Positions 46,657 to 56,345 of a DNA stretch of 64,000 nt are shown here, one piece after another. The notes below the pieces were generated by a model, which did not search any database, was not told the DNA's origin, and was given only the letters and a program-made list of their open reading frames with translations. A program made the translations under genes and the position numbers. Source of the stretch: Hyalangium minutum (GTDB lineage Bacteria; Myxococcota; Myxococcia; Myxococcales; Myxococcaceae); contig NZ_JMCB01000016.1 in the NCBI RefSeq assembly GCF_000737315.1, positions 10,052 through 74,051 on the forward strand. The letters run 5' to 3'. The stretch's first letter is position 1. Every line of letters starts with the position of its first letter.

Positions 46657-47274
46657 TCAATCCCGCCGGTGTGAGCCGGTCCCGCGAGCGTTGTAGACGG
46701 TCGCGCCCGAGCGGCCATATTCGGCGAAGACGGCGATCGCTTCGTCCCGCAGCACTCCGGAGGAGACCCGGATTCCACGGGCCTCGAGCGCTGCTCTCCA
46801 GTCCGCGGGCATGGGCCCTTCATCGAAGCCCGTGAGTGCTTCGCACTCTGGGCCGTCGCCAGCGATGAGCAGGTGCTTGACTCCCGACCAGATGAGCGCG
46901 CCGTAGCACATCGTGCACGGGCGCCAGTTGACGACGAGCTCGAGCTCGCGGCCCCCCGCAGAGCCCAGGTCCCAGGTGCCGAGGCGGGTCTGGGCGAGCG
47001 AGAGCGCCATGACCTCCGCATGCACGGAGGAGAGGCCCGAGCTCAACACGACGTTGACGCCGATGGAGACCAGCTCGCCCGTCGCAGGGGCAACGACGAG
47101 CGCGGCGAACGGCCCCCCGTTGCCTTCCTTGTAGTTGCGCGCCGCGAGCGTGTGGGTGAGGCGCACGCGCGCTTCGGCGGTCGGCAGGGGCGTGTTGTAG
47201 GTGTGCAACTCCTTCACGAGCCAGTCGGGGAGTTGGGCGTTCACGCGGGTAGCAAAGGGGTGTGTGGCGTTCAT
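46657..47274 (-). CDS. Zinc-dependent nucleoside/nucleotide deaminase (CDA fold)
   Basis: GGPFAA, VHAEV, RPCTMCYGA. Confidence 0.9.
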   Translation of the reverse strand: MNATHPFATRVNAQLPDWLVKELHTYNTPLPTAEARVRLTHTLAARNYKEGNGGPFAALVVAPATGELVSIGVNVVLSSGLSSVHAEVMALSLAQTRLGTWDLGSAGGRELELVVNWRPCTMCYGALIWSGVKHLLIAGDGPECEALTGFDEGPMPADWRAALEARGIRVSSGVLRDEAIAVFAEYGRSGATVYNARGTGSHRRD

Positions 47275-47412
47275 GATCGCTCCTTCCTGGGGTGCTCACG
47301 ACACTTCCGGCAATAAATGGATTCTGGACGGCCCTCCTTCATGGCTTCTTGAAGGAAGGATGGAAGGCTTGTTGAGGGGTGGCAAGCTGGTGCGCGCACG
47401 CCGGACACCGCT

Positions 47413-48729
47413 TCATGGAAGAAGTGGCATCGGCTCGGGCGCTTGGAGCAGCACCCGCCGCAGCTTGCTGGCGGCTTGTTCGAGCGTGTGAGGAAGACTC
47501 AGGAAGTAGACCTTTCTTGCACCATCTAGAGCCCAGGGGTTGCCCGACTCTGCTGGGGGCGTGCCTGGCTCATCGGGATTGTAGGGATAAGCCAGTGCAC
47601 CCCAGCTCAGGCTCCCTGGCTGGCCGTAGCGCGAGAGGTACGCCGCCATCTGGTACAGATCTTCGCGCTGCGGGCCTCGCCGCGAGGCCTGGCTGGGGTG
47701 TAGCCGCTTGTACTTGGCGTCGAGGATCCCTAGCACCGATGCTTTCTTGAGGACGAGGGCATCGGGCTTGAGCATGCCCAGGGGCTCAGCGGTGAGTTCA
47801 CTGCGCAGGAGGGCATCCCAGGCGCTGAAATCGAGAGTCCCGTGGCGTACCTCGAAGCTCTCGGCAGCACGGCGGAGTGCGGCCAGTACATAGAGTTCCC
47901 AGAGCTCAGCCACGTCGAGCAGCACCCCTTGGCAGGTGCCATCGGCTGAGGAGGAGGAGAGCCCTCGGCGCAAGGCAATCCGCCGGGAGAGCTCCGCGAC
48001 TGGCTTGAACGCTGCCGTCAGGGGAGTGTAGCGGACGCGCGCCAACTCGGCGCTGGAGGGCACCTGGGGGTTCGAGCCGGTGACAGCGATGAGATGCGGG
48101 AGCAACTCCGCTGCTCGCGAAGGGAGCCAAAAGCTCTCTGGAACCGGGGCCATCCAGCGCCTCAGCGCCGCGTAGGCCGAGACGATGGCGCGGGCGGTAG
48201 CGTTGTCGAGCGAGCGCTCGCGGCGGAGGGACGCCACCTGGGGGCTGTTCGCAGCCCGGAGGCGCACGGTCCCGGCAACGTCCAACCGACCACGGACCAC
48301 CAAGCCTACGCTGGCGCGCTCCGTTCGGAGCGCGGGGAGGCCGTGGCGGGAAGCATCCACGAAGCCTCGGACCCACAGCGCCGCGAGGAGCTGGACGATG
48401 AACGACGCATCCGCCTGCACCTGGCCTGGTGTCTCCACCAGAACCAGATTGAAGACATGAGCGAGCCAAGTGCGCAGCGTCTCCATCCCAAAGCGAGGGA
48501 GGATGGTCAGGCTGTGGCCCTCGAATAGCAGCTCTCCCACGTAGCGCCCCGCCCACCAGGTTCCATCCCGCTCGCAGTAGACGATGGGCTCGTCCTCATC
48601 GCGCGCCCCGCCCAACGGCATCACGTGCGCCTGCGGCTGGGCCTTGCTCGCGAGCCGCTGCAGCCAGGTCACTTCGTCCGCCGTGGGCGGCGGATCAAAG
48701 GGCGAGCAGTCCTGGACGGAGAGCTTCAC
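47413..48729 (-). CDS. mcrC: McrC-family restriction subunit
   Basis: WWAGRYVG, LLDVAELWELYV, LKPDAL, LDAKYKRL, REDLYQMAAY. Confidence 0.88.
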   Translation of the reverse strand: MKLSVQDCSPFDPPPTADEVTWLQRLASKAQPQAHVMPLGGARDEDEPIVYCERDGTWWAGRYVGELLFEGHSLTILPRFGMETLRTWLAHVFNLVLVETPGQVQADASFIVQLLAALWVRGFVDASRHGLPALRTERASVGLVVRGRLDVAGTVRLRAANSPQVASLRRERSLDNATARAIVSAYAALRRWMAPVPESFWLPSRAAELLPHLIAVTGSNPQVPSSAELARVRYTPLTAAFKPVAELSRRIALRRGLSSSSADGTCQGVLLDVAELWELYVLAALRRAAESFEVRHGTLDFSAWDALLRSELTAEPLGMLKPDALVLKKASVLGILDAKYKRLHPSQASRRGPQREDLYQMAAYLSRYGQPGSLSWGALAYPYNPDEPGTPPAESGNPWALDGARKVYFLSLPHTLEQAASKLRRVLLQAPEPMPLLP

Positions 48730-50582
48730 TCAGAGAGCTCCGGCCGAGCAGTGAAGGTCGTCTCCAGCCCTTCGAGGGCCTGCTTCCGAACCGAGGCGTC
48801 GAGTCCGGAGAGGTACTGTTCCAACAGGGGCTTCAGGGACAGCTTCCAAAGGAGCCTGACTGGCCAGGTGGGCTCCTTGTCTTTCCAGAGGAAGTACTTC
48901 TTTTTCTTCGGTCGGGGCCCCAACTCGTCGAGCAGGAAGGAGACGGCATCGAGGAAGTAGGTGTGGCCCACTTCGTACTGCTCACCCAGGGCGGGATCCT
49001 GACGGATGCGCTCATTCAGCGCGGATGCGGCCGCCTCGAGCAGCTTGAAGTCCCCCTCAACCTTTTCCCAGGAGAGCCGATTCTGGCCTCCCCGCTCTCT
49101 CCAGCGATGCTCCGCTGCGGAGAGCAGCATCTCGCCATCGAATGGGCAGGGGAGCCACAGGAAGCGGCGGCGCAGCGCGAAGTCAAACTGCTCGACCGAC
49201 TGGTCGATGAGGTTCATTGTTCCGATGACATACAGATCTCCCGGGATCCGTAGCTGCATCGGCTCATCATTCTCATCGAGCCCGGGCAGCTCCACCGGCT
49301 GCTCGCGGTCTTCCAAGAGGGAGAAGCACTCGCCCAGCATGCGACTCAGGTCCGTGCGGTTGATCTCATCGAGAATGAGGACGTACGGGAGCCGGGAGGT
49401 GAGGGTTGGTTTCTGCCGGTGACGCTGTATCTCATTGATCAAGCGAAGCAGGTAACCAGGACGGTACTCGGTGGCGCCTTCCGGTGTGAGGTGCAGTCCC
49501 CGGATGAATTCCTCATAGGAGTACGCCGGGTGGAGCTGGAGCCGACGCACGTGGGTCTTCATCGCGGCGTCGATGAGCTCCTGCTGCGAGAAGTAGTCAG
49601 CTGGGCCCAGCTGCTCGAGGGCGGCGGCTCGGATGATGCGTGCTGCGTACTCCTTGGCGCGGAAGGTCTTTCCCGTTCCAGGGGGACCGTAGAGGACAAG
49701 CTGCTTTTTGTGACGGATGACGTCGAGGGACGCCCCCTCGTCCTCGTCCCCCTCCAGGCCACTGATCCAGGTGGCATCCAGGGGGCTGTCGTAGAAGTCG
49801 AGCCGCTGCCCCGGCAAAAGCTTCTCCAGGGCCTTCCGGATGAGGAAGAGCTTCCAGTCTGGCTCGTCCTTGAGCTGCAGAGCCGGGTCATTCTGGAGCT
49901 TTTGATCTGCGTCATCCTGAGGCTGGGCCAGCTTTTCGAAGGCCTCGCCGATCAGCCATTTGTCCCGAAGGCTGGTACTGCGCTCGAACTGATCTGGAAA
50001 GAGGAGGTGGAGAAGAATGTGCCGCAGCTGGCGGTTCCCTATGTCCTCCAGCCCGTCGACGAACTTCATGAAGGCCCAGGGCTCCTGGAGCAGCTTCTCC
50101 TGTTCGGGTCGAGGGAGCTTCTTCCAGTCGATCATGAACCGGATCAAGAAGCCGAGTTCGGCCGGACGGCGGGTATTGTAGTTCTGCCCAGGATTGCCGA
50201 TGCCGTACTCGAACGCTGTTAGCAACCAGTGCCCTTGGGGGATCGAGTCACCTGCCCAGCCCAACACCTGGTTGACGAGCTCTTCCTTCCGGGGACGCCC
50301 CACTTTGGAGTGGAACAAGAAGTAGACGGCGATGGCCTCGGCCATGAGCCGGATGACCTCCGGCTTCTCCTTGCCTACCTGATCCTCGAGTTTCTGTTCG
50401 AACCTACGCTGCGTGCCATCCCACGCCTCCACAAAGACGGTGCGCAGCCTGTTCAGGTTCCCGGTCGACCAGACCGTGGCACCCTCAAAGAGCAGGGAGC
50501 CATCTTGAAGCAGGCACTTGTCACGGAACTGACGCGCGGCTTCGTAGATCGGGCCTCGGTCCTCTTCGTAGTAGCGAGCCAT
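48726..50582 (-). CDS. mcrB: McrB-family AAA+ GTPase with an unrecognised N-terminal domain
   Basis: GPPGTGKT, QLHPAYSYEEFIRG, LILDEINR, GTMNLID (NxxD), FALRRRF, VGHTYF; 4-bp overlap with mcrC. Confidence 0.9.
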   Translation of the reverse strand: MARYYEEDRGPIYEAARQFRDKCLLQDGSLLFEGATVWSTGNLNRLRTVFVEAWDGTQRRFEQKLEDQVGKEKPEVIRLMAEAIAVYFLFHSKVGRPRKEELVNQVLGWAGDSIPQGHWLLTAFEYGIGNPGQNYNTRRPAELGFLIRFMIDWKKLPRPEQEKLLQEPWAFMKFVDGLEDIGNRQLRHILLHLLFPDQFERSTSLRDKWLIGEAFEKLAQPQDDADQKLQNDPALQLKDEPDWKLFLIRKALEKLLPGQRLDFYDSPLDATWISGLEGDEDEGASLDVIRHKKQLVLYGPPGTGKTFRAKEYAARIIRAAALEQLGPADYFSQQELIDAAMKTHVRRLQLHPAYSYEEFIRGLHLTPEGATEYRPGYLLRLINEIQRHRQKPTLTSRLPYVLILDEINRTDLSRMLGECFSLLEDREQPVELPGLDENDEPMQLRIPGDLYVIGTMNLIDQSVEQFDFALRRRFLWLPCPFDGEMLLSAAEHRWRERGGQNRLSWEKVEGDFKLLEAAASALNERIRQDPALGEQYEVGHTYFLDAVSFLLDELGPRPKKKKYFLWKDKEPTWPVRLLWKLSLKPLLEQYLSGLDASVRKQALEGLETTFTARPELSE

Positions 50583-50737
50583 AGTGGTGAATGCAGTGAA
50601 GACTACCCGAGGTGACGGTGTCTGGCGCGTGCTTCCTCACTAGCCCCTCCTCAGTCACATCCCTCAAACTCGGACGCGAGCTGGCCATCGTTTCCAAACC
50701 CTGGGGTGAACCGCTTCCGCTGCGCGCCTTCAGGCGC

Positions 50738-51193
50738 TCAGTCAGGATCGGTGGAACTCAGGGCATCGGCGCACTGGGCCAGCAGCGTGGCGATTCGCGC
50801 CGCTTCCGCTGTGCCTAAAGAGGAGATCATGGCGTTCTCGACCTCCTCGACGGCCCAATGGGCCCTCGCGAGCACTGCTTTCCCGCGAGAGGTCAGCTCG
50901 CTGCGCAGGATGCGGCCGTGCTCGGGGTCCGCCTGTCGGACAAGCAGACCGTCGCGCTCCAGGTTGGCGAGGATGCCTTGCATCGTCTGCGGCGTGACGA
51001 AGGCGGCGCGCGCCAGGCGGGCGTTCGACATACCGGGCTCCAGCTCGACCGCCGAGAGGACCGCGTACTGGGGCGAGGTCAGCCCGAGTGGCCGCAGCGC
51101 ATCGTCCATTCTCGTGCGCAAGGCGTGCTGCGCTCGCTTGAGTGCATAGCCAAGCCGCTTGGCCATCGGCTCCGGCATCGATGTCGTGGACAT
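50738..51193 (-). CDS. MarR-family transcriptional regulator
   Basis: LTSPQYAVL, SNARLARAAFVTPQTMQGILANLERDGLLVR, LTSRG. Confidence 0.93.
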   Translation of the reverse strand: MSTTSMPEPMAKRLGYALKRAQHALRTRMDDALRPLGLTSPQYAVLSAVELEPGMSNARLARAAFVTPQTMQGILANLERDGLLVRQADPEHGRILRSELTSRGKAVLARAHWAVEEVENAMISSLGTAEAARIATLLAQCADALSSTDPD

Positions 51194-51246
51194 GTCAGCT
51201 TCCTGATATTATATCAGCCTCCTGATATTAACGGAGGAGAGGACCC

Positions 51247-51957
51247 ATGGCCAAGCTGATTGGACCCGGCTTCATTGCGCTCCAGGTGCGTGACCTGGAG
51301 GCGTCTCGGCGCTTCTACACGGAGCACCTGGGCCTCACCTCGGCTCCCCAGAGCCCGCCTGATGCGGTCGTGTTCGATACCCAGCCCATCCCTTTCGCGA
51401 TCCGTCGGCCGCTGGTCGACCTGGCGCTCGTGAACCAGCTCGGATGGGGGCTGTCCCTCTGGCTCTCGAGTGACGATGCTGACGGCCTGCATGAGCGGCT
51501 GGTGGGCGCGGGAGTGCCCATCCTCTTGCCACCCGCGAATGGACCTTTTGGACGCTTCTTCAGCTTCCGCGACCCGGACGGCTATGCCATCACGGTCCAC
51601 ACGGCGCGTCAGGCGAATCCGCGCACGAGCCTCGATCCAAGTGCGGGCCACCTGACTTTGATCAACACCTTCACGGTCGAGCCGGATCGGGCGGACGAGC
51701 TCCTGAAGCTCCTGTCCCGGGCGACCGAGGAGACCATGCGCCACCTGCCCGGCTTTATCTCCGCCAATCTGCATCTCAGCGGAGACCGCCGCCACATCGC
51801 CAATTATGCACAGTGGCGCAGCCGGGAGGACTACGACGCCATGCTCAAGAACCCCGAGGCGCAGACTCACATGCGCGAGGCGGCTGCGATCGCTCAATCC
51901 TTCATGCCCGTGTTGTACGAGCTGCGCGAGGCGCACGCGGCCGGCAGCGAGCGCTGA
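51247..51957 (+). CDS. VOC (glyoxalase-like) domain fused to an antibiotic biosynthesis monooxygenase (ABM) domain
   Basis: LQVRDLEASRRFY...GPFGRFFSFRDPDGY (VOC), then LINTFTVEP...PGFISANLH...NYAQWRSRE (ABM). Confidence 0.85.
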   Translation: MAKLIGPGFIALQVRDLEASRRFYTEHLGLTSAPQSPPDAVVFDTQPIPFAIRRPLVDLALVNQLGWGLSLWLSSDDADGLHERLVGAGVPILLPPANGPFGRFFSFRDPDGYAITVHTARQANPRTSLDPSAGHLTLINTFTVEPDRADELLKLLSRATEETMRHLPGFISANLHLSGDRRHIANYAQWRSREDYDAMLKNPEAQTHMREAAAIAQSFMPVLYELREAHAAGSER

Positions 51958-51979
51958 CCCGCGAGCGGAGATGTCCCGC

Positions 51980-52681
51980 TCAGCCCATCGGCTGCGCCGA
52001 GGCCGGATGCAGCGCACAGGCGGCGGTCCCCGCCAGCACGAGCACACCGGCCAGAATCAGCGGGATGACCAGCCCGCCATGGAAGACCAGCGCGGCGCCG
52101 ATGGCAGCGCCCGCGAAGATCGCGGCGACACTGCCCAGCCGACGCGCCCAGTTGGGATTGGTTCCTCCCGCCAGCGTTGAATCCGCCGCAAGGCCCGTCA
52201 GGGTCAACGTGAGGACGGTGGTGGTGACCTCGGGGAACTTGAGCTGGCGAACCGTGGCATTGCGGAAGCCCATGGCGAGCGCCGTCAGCGCGATGATCGC
52301 GTAGAGGGCGGGTCTGGGCGACTGCGACGCGATGTCGAACCCGGTGGCGATGATGGCCGCGAGCCAGAGCGACAGCGCCTCGATCATTGCCGCGAGCAGG
52401 AGCCAGCGCCGCAGTGGCCTGCCGCTTTGCGCCCTGCCGATCTGCCCAGCGAGTACGGCGCCGGCCAGGAAGAACAGCATCGCGGAGAGAGAGGGCGTGA
52501 AGTGGAATCCCGGCGTTCCGACAACGGCGAAGCCCAGGAACACGATGTTGCCCGTCATGTTGGCGGTGAAGACCTTGCCGAGTCCGAGCACGCTGACTGC
52601 GTCGACCAGGCCCGTCGTCACGGACAGCAGCAGGAGCAGCCAGATCAGCGGCGGGGCAGCGGGGCGGGTGGGAGGGGACAT
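51980..52681 (-). CDS. YoaK/DUF1275-family membrane protein
   Basis: TGLVDAVS, FTANMTGNIVFLG, AMGFRNATVR, TTTVLT. Confidence 0.9.
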   Translation of the reverse strand: MSPPTRPAAPPLIWLLLLLSVTTGLVDAVSVLGLGKVFTANMTGNIVFLGFAVVGTPGFHFTPSLSAMLFFLAGAVLAGQIGRAQSGRPLRRWLLLAAMIEALSLWLAAIIATGFDIASQSPRPALYAIIALTALAMGFRNATVRQLKFPEVTTTVLTLTLTGLAADSTLAGGTNPNWARRLGSVAAIFAGAAIGAALVFHGGLVIPLILAGVLVLAGTAACALHPASAQPMG

Positions 52682-52693
52682 GTCCAGTGCCTC

Positions 52694-54541
52694 TCAGACG
52701 GCCCAGCAGCCGCAGCCGAGCGCGCCCCAGAAGCCCTGGACGTCGGCGGCGGGAACAGGGCTTCCTAGAGCCACGGCATGATCATGGCCATGGAGTGTGC
52801 ACGCACGCTGGCAGCCGCAGGCCGAGGCCTGCTTCGTGTGCGCCTCGGGCGCCCGCCAGTAGCCGCCGAAGGTCGCGACCGGCGACCAATCGGGCATCGG
52901 CTTGGGCATCGGCGGCGCGAGCTTCGCCTCATCGCCCTCCGCGAAGACGATCCTGCCGCCAAGCATGGTCAGCACTGAGCGCAGCGTCGCGATCTGGTCC
53001 TCGGGCACTGAGAAGTAATCGTCGGACAGCAACGCCAGGTCGGCGAGCTGGCCGGCCTTGATCTGGCCTTTCTTCCCCTGTTCGTTCGAGAACCAGGTGT
53101 TGGCCTCGGTCCACAGCCGCAGCGCGGTCTCACGGTCGAGCCGGTGGGCCACGGGGGAGAGGCGCAGGCCACCTACCGTCTTCGAGGTGACGAGCCAGGA
53201 GAGCGATACCCAAGGGTTATAGCTTGCGACACGGGTTGCATCGGTGCCCGCGCCGACTGGCAACCCGGCCGCCAGCATCCGCTGGATCGGCGGCGTCGCC
53301 TCGGCGGCCCTGGCGCCATAGCGCTCGACGAAGTATTCGCCCTGATAGGCCATGCGATGCTGGATGGCGATGCCGCCGCCGAGCGCGGCAATCCGGTCGA
53401 TGTTGCGCTCGCTGATTGTCTCCGCATGGTCGAAGAACCAGTGGAGGCCGCTGAGCGGGATGTCGCGGTTCACCTTCTCGAAGACATCCAGCGCGCGTCC
53501 GATCGTCTGGTCGTAGGTGGCATGAAGCCGCCAGGGCCAGCGCCGCTCGGCCAGCAGGCGGATGACGGGCTCGAGCTCGGCCTCCATGCTGGGCGGCATA
53601 TCGGGCCGGGCGACCCGGAAGTCCTCGAAATCCGCCGCCGAGTAGACGAGCATCTCGCCCGCGCCGTTATGGCGGTAGGTATCGTCGCCGTCGCCGGGCT
53701 TCACTTTCGTCGCCCATGTCGCGAAGTCCTTGAGTTCTTCCTTCGGCTTCTGCGTGAACAGATTGTAGGCAATGCGCAGGGTCAGCTCGCCGTCCCGGTG
53801 GAGCTTCTCGATGATCTGGTAGTCCTCGGGGTAGTTCTGATAGCCGCCGCCAGCGTCGATCACGCTGGTGACGCCGAGACTGTTCAGCTCGCGCATGAAG
53901 TGCCGGGTCGAGTTGAGCTGATACTCGGGCGGGAGCTTGGGGCCCTTGGCGAGCGTCGCATAGAGGACCGTCGCGTTGGGCTGGGCGAGCAGCAGGCCCG
54001 TAGGGTTGCCCGCCGCATCGCGAACAATTTCGCCACCTGGAGGGTTTGGCGTGTCCTTCGTGTAGCCCACGGCGCGCAGCGCTGCGGCATTGAGCAGCGC
54101 GCGATCGTAGAGGTGCAGGATGAACACCGGCGTCTCGGGCGCGGCGGCGTTGAGCTCCTCGAGCGTTGGCAGGCGCTTCTCGGCGAACTGGTGCTCGGTA
54201 AAGCCGCCAACGACGCGCACCCATTGAGGAGGCGGAGTGGTCTCGGCCTGCTTCCGGAGCATGGCCATTGCGTCGGCCAGCGTCGGCACGCCATCCCAGC
54301 GCAGCTCCATGTTGTAGTTGAGCCCGCCGCGAATGACGTGGATGTGGCTATCCATCAGCCCGGGGATCAGCCGACGTCCCTTGGCGTCGATCACGAGCGC
54401 CTGCGGGCTGGCTGCGGCGCGGACTGTCCTCTCGTCTCCCACCACGAGGAATGTGCCGTCGCGGATCGCGACCGCCTCGGCCGTGGGATGGGTGCGATCG
54501 AGCGTCGTGATCTTCGCGTTGATGATCAGGGTGTCGGGCAT
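52694..54541 (-). CDS. YtcJ-like metal-dependent amidohydrolase
   Basis: IPGLMDSHIHVIRGG, RLHATY, FDHAE, GAGTDAT, GQLADLALL. Confidence 0.92.
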   Translation of the reverse strand: MPDTLIINAKITTLDRTHPTAEAVAIRDGTFLVVGDERTVRAAASPQALVIDAKGRRLIPGLMDSHIHVIRGGLNYNMELRWDGVPTLADAMAMLRKQAETTPPPQWVRVVGGFTEHQFAEKRLPTLEELNAAAPETPVFILHLYDRALLNAAALRAVGYTKDTPNPPGGEIVRDAAGNPTGLLLAQPNATVLYATLAKGPKLPPEYQLNSTRHFMRELNSLGVTSVIDAGGGYQNYPEDYQIIEKLHRDGELTLRIAYNLFTQKPKEELKDFATWATKVKPGDGDDTYRHNGAGEMLVYSAADFEDFRVARPDMPPSMEAELEPVIRLLAERRWPWRLHATYDQTIGRALDVFEKVNRDIPLSGLHWFFDHAETISERNIDRIAALGGGIAIQHRMAYQGEYFVERYGARAAEATPPIQRMLAAGLPVGAGTDATRVASYNPWVSLSWLVTSKTVGGLRLSPVAHRLDRETALRLWTEANTWFSNEQGKKGQIKAGQLADLALLSDDYFSVPEDQIATLRSVLTMLGGRIVFAEGDEAKLAPPMPKPMPDWSPVATFGGYWRAPEAHTKQASACGCQRACTLHGHDHAVALGSPVPAADVQGFWGALGCGCWAV

Positions 54542-54655
54542 CGTGGAGCTCCTGGCCGAGGCAAGTGGAGGCAGAACGCGGGCTTCGTCGGCGAGAGGGG
54601 CGCAGGTCGGCCGCCGAAGGTCGAGCGGAGGAGCGGCCGGCTTGCGGAGCGGCGC

Positions 54656-55327
54656 TCAGCCCTTGTGAGAGTGGCCACCTTCCGAGGCACCGAACATCGT
54701 CTTGGCGTAGATGATGCCCAGGCCGTAGGCGCCACCATACTTCTTGGCGATGCCGGTGGTCAGGTCATAGGTCTCGCCGCGCGCCCAGTCGCGCTGCAGC
54801 TCGAGCATGTACTGGAGCGAGGTCAGGGGCCGGACACCCGCCTGGATCATCCGCTCCATCGCGCGCTCATGCGCCTCGACGGAAACGTCGCCGCAGGCAT
54901 CGGCGATCACGTAGACCTCATAGCCCTGATCGAGCGCCGACAGGGTCGGGCCGACGATGCAGACCGAGGTCCACAGGCCCGCGAACACCAGCCGGTCCTT
55001 GCCGATGGCGTTGACGCGCTTGATCACATGGGCGTCCTCCCAGGTGTTCATGGAGGTGCGGTCGGTGACCTCGGCGCCGGGGAAGGCCTCGGTGATCTCG
55101 GAGAAGATCGGGCCGGAGAAGCTCTTCTCGGCGACCGTCGTCAGGATGGTCGAGACCCCAAAGCCGGCGGCGGCGTACGCCACGAGCGCGGTGTTGTTGC
55201 GCAGCTCGGTGGCTGAGATCGAGTGTGTCGCGAACGACATCTGCGACTGATGGTCGATCAGGATCAGCGTATGGTCCTTGGGGGAGAGCAGGCCCTTGGC
55301 GGGCGTCGGGGTGGCGGTGATCGGCAT
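54656..55327 (-). CDS. YcaC-like isochorismatase-family hydrolase
   Basis: LIDHQSQM, DRTSMNTWED, AGLWTSVC, DACGD, ELQRDW. Confidence 0.92.
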   Translation of the reverse strand: MPITATPTPAKGLLSPKDHTLILIDHQSQMSFATHSISATELRNNTALVAYAAAGFGVSTILTTVAEKSFSGPIFSEITEAFPGAEVTDRTSMNTWEDAHVIKRVNAIGKDRLVFAGLWTSVCIVGPTLSALDQGYEVYVIADACGDVSVEAHERAMERMIQAGVRPLTSLQYMLELQRDWARGETYDLTTGIAKKYGGAYGLGIIYAKTMFGASEGGHSHKG

Positions 55328-55518
55328 GGTCTTTCTCCTTCGATGTGGACGGGCAGCAGTGCGTGCCTCTACCGCATACGAAGGAGTGGTGCTTGAACAA
55401 AAGGGTGAACTCACTTGTGCGCAACCTTCGCGTTGTTCACCTTCAAGCGGAGAAGGGCACCCTCAACATGAGGGGCCTGGGCGGCCAGCCCTGAGACGTC
55501 GAGGGCTCAGGCGGCGGC

Positions 55519-56277
55519 TCAAGCCGGCTTCGGGAGGATGACCAGATCCTCATCCTGCCACAGGCGATACAACCCGTCGGCACTCCGGCAGCGCTCGGCG
55601 TGTGCGCGGATCTTCTCGTCGATCTTGCGCACCTCATCCTGGCTCATGGCCGCGATCTGTTCGGCCGTGTAGCTGCCCTCGAACACGAAGAAGCGGCAGA
55701 GCGTGTACATCTCCTCGTAGGTCTTCGTGGAGAAGCCGCACAGCAGCGGCACCACCTCGTGTGGCAACTGCTTCTGCCGCACCGCTTCGACCACCTGATG
55801 ACTGAAGAGCTGGGTGTCCGTGAAGTCGCGGCACAAGTCGTACGTCGGCCCTCGGGCGGCGGCCATGAGGATCAGGCAGTACCCGCCGGGGCGCACGAAG
55901 GCGAGCAGCCGGTCGATGAACGCTCCCCAGCTGGGGAGTGGCACGTGGTACATGACGTGCGAGCACAGGACGACGTCATACTGCTCGCCCAGCGGGTAGC
56001 GCTCCAGGGGCTCGATGAAGATCTTCGCCTTCTCGTGTTGGAACCCGGCGATCTGGCTCGGGTTGGGCTCGAGCAACGTGATCGAGCCGAAGAGGGGCGC
56101 GAGCCGCTCGACGACCATGCCCGAGCCCGAGCCCACGTCCAACAGCGAGGGCCGTGGAGGCAACCTGGGGACGATTCGCTCTTCGAGGAGCTTTCGGAGG
56201 AGCTCGGGATGACGGGCGGTCGCCGCGAGGATGCGGAATGCCGTGGCGTAGTCCTGCGGTGACAGGGTGATGGCCAT
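55519..56277 (-). CDS. Class I SAM-dependent methyltransferase
   Basis: LLDVGSGSG, YDVVLCSHVMYH, VRPGG. Confidence 0.88.
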   Translation of the reverse strand: MAITLSPQDYATAFRILAATARHPELLRKLLEERIVPRLPPRPSLLDVGSGSGMVVERLAPLFGSITLLEPNPSQIAGFQHEKAKIFIEPLERYPLGEQYDVVLCSHVMYHVPLPSWGAFIDRLLAFVRPGGYCLILMAAARGPTYDLCRDFTDTQLFSHQVVEAVRQKQLPHEVVPLLCGFSTKTYEEMYTLCRFFVFEGSYTAEQIAAMSQDEVRKIDEKIRAHAERCRSADGLYRLWQDEDLVILPKPA

Positions 56278-56345
56278 GCCTGGAGTCTCTCTCCGGCACC
56301 ACCGAACCTGGAAGAGAAATTGCCCACCATGATAAGCGCGCGGCC

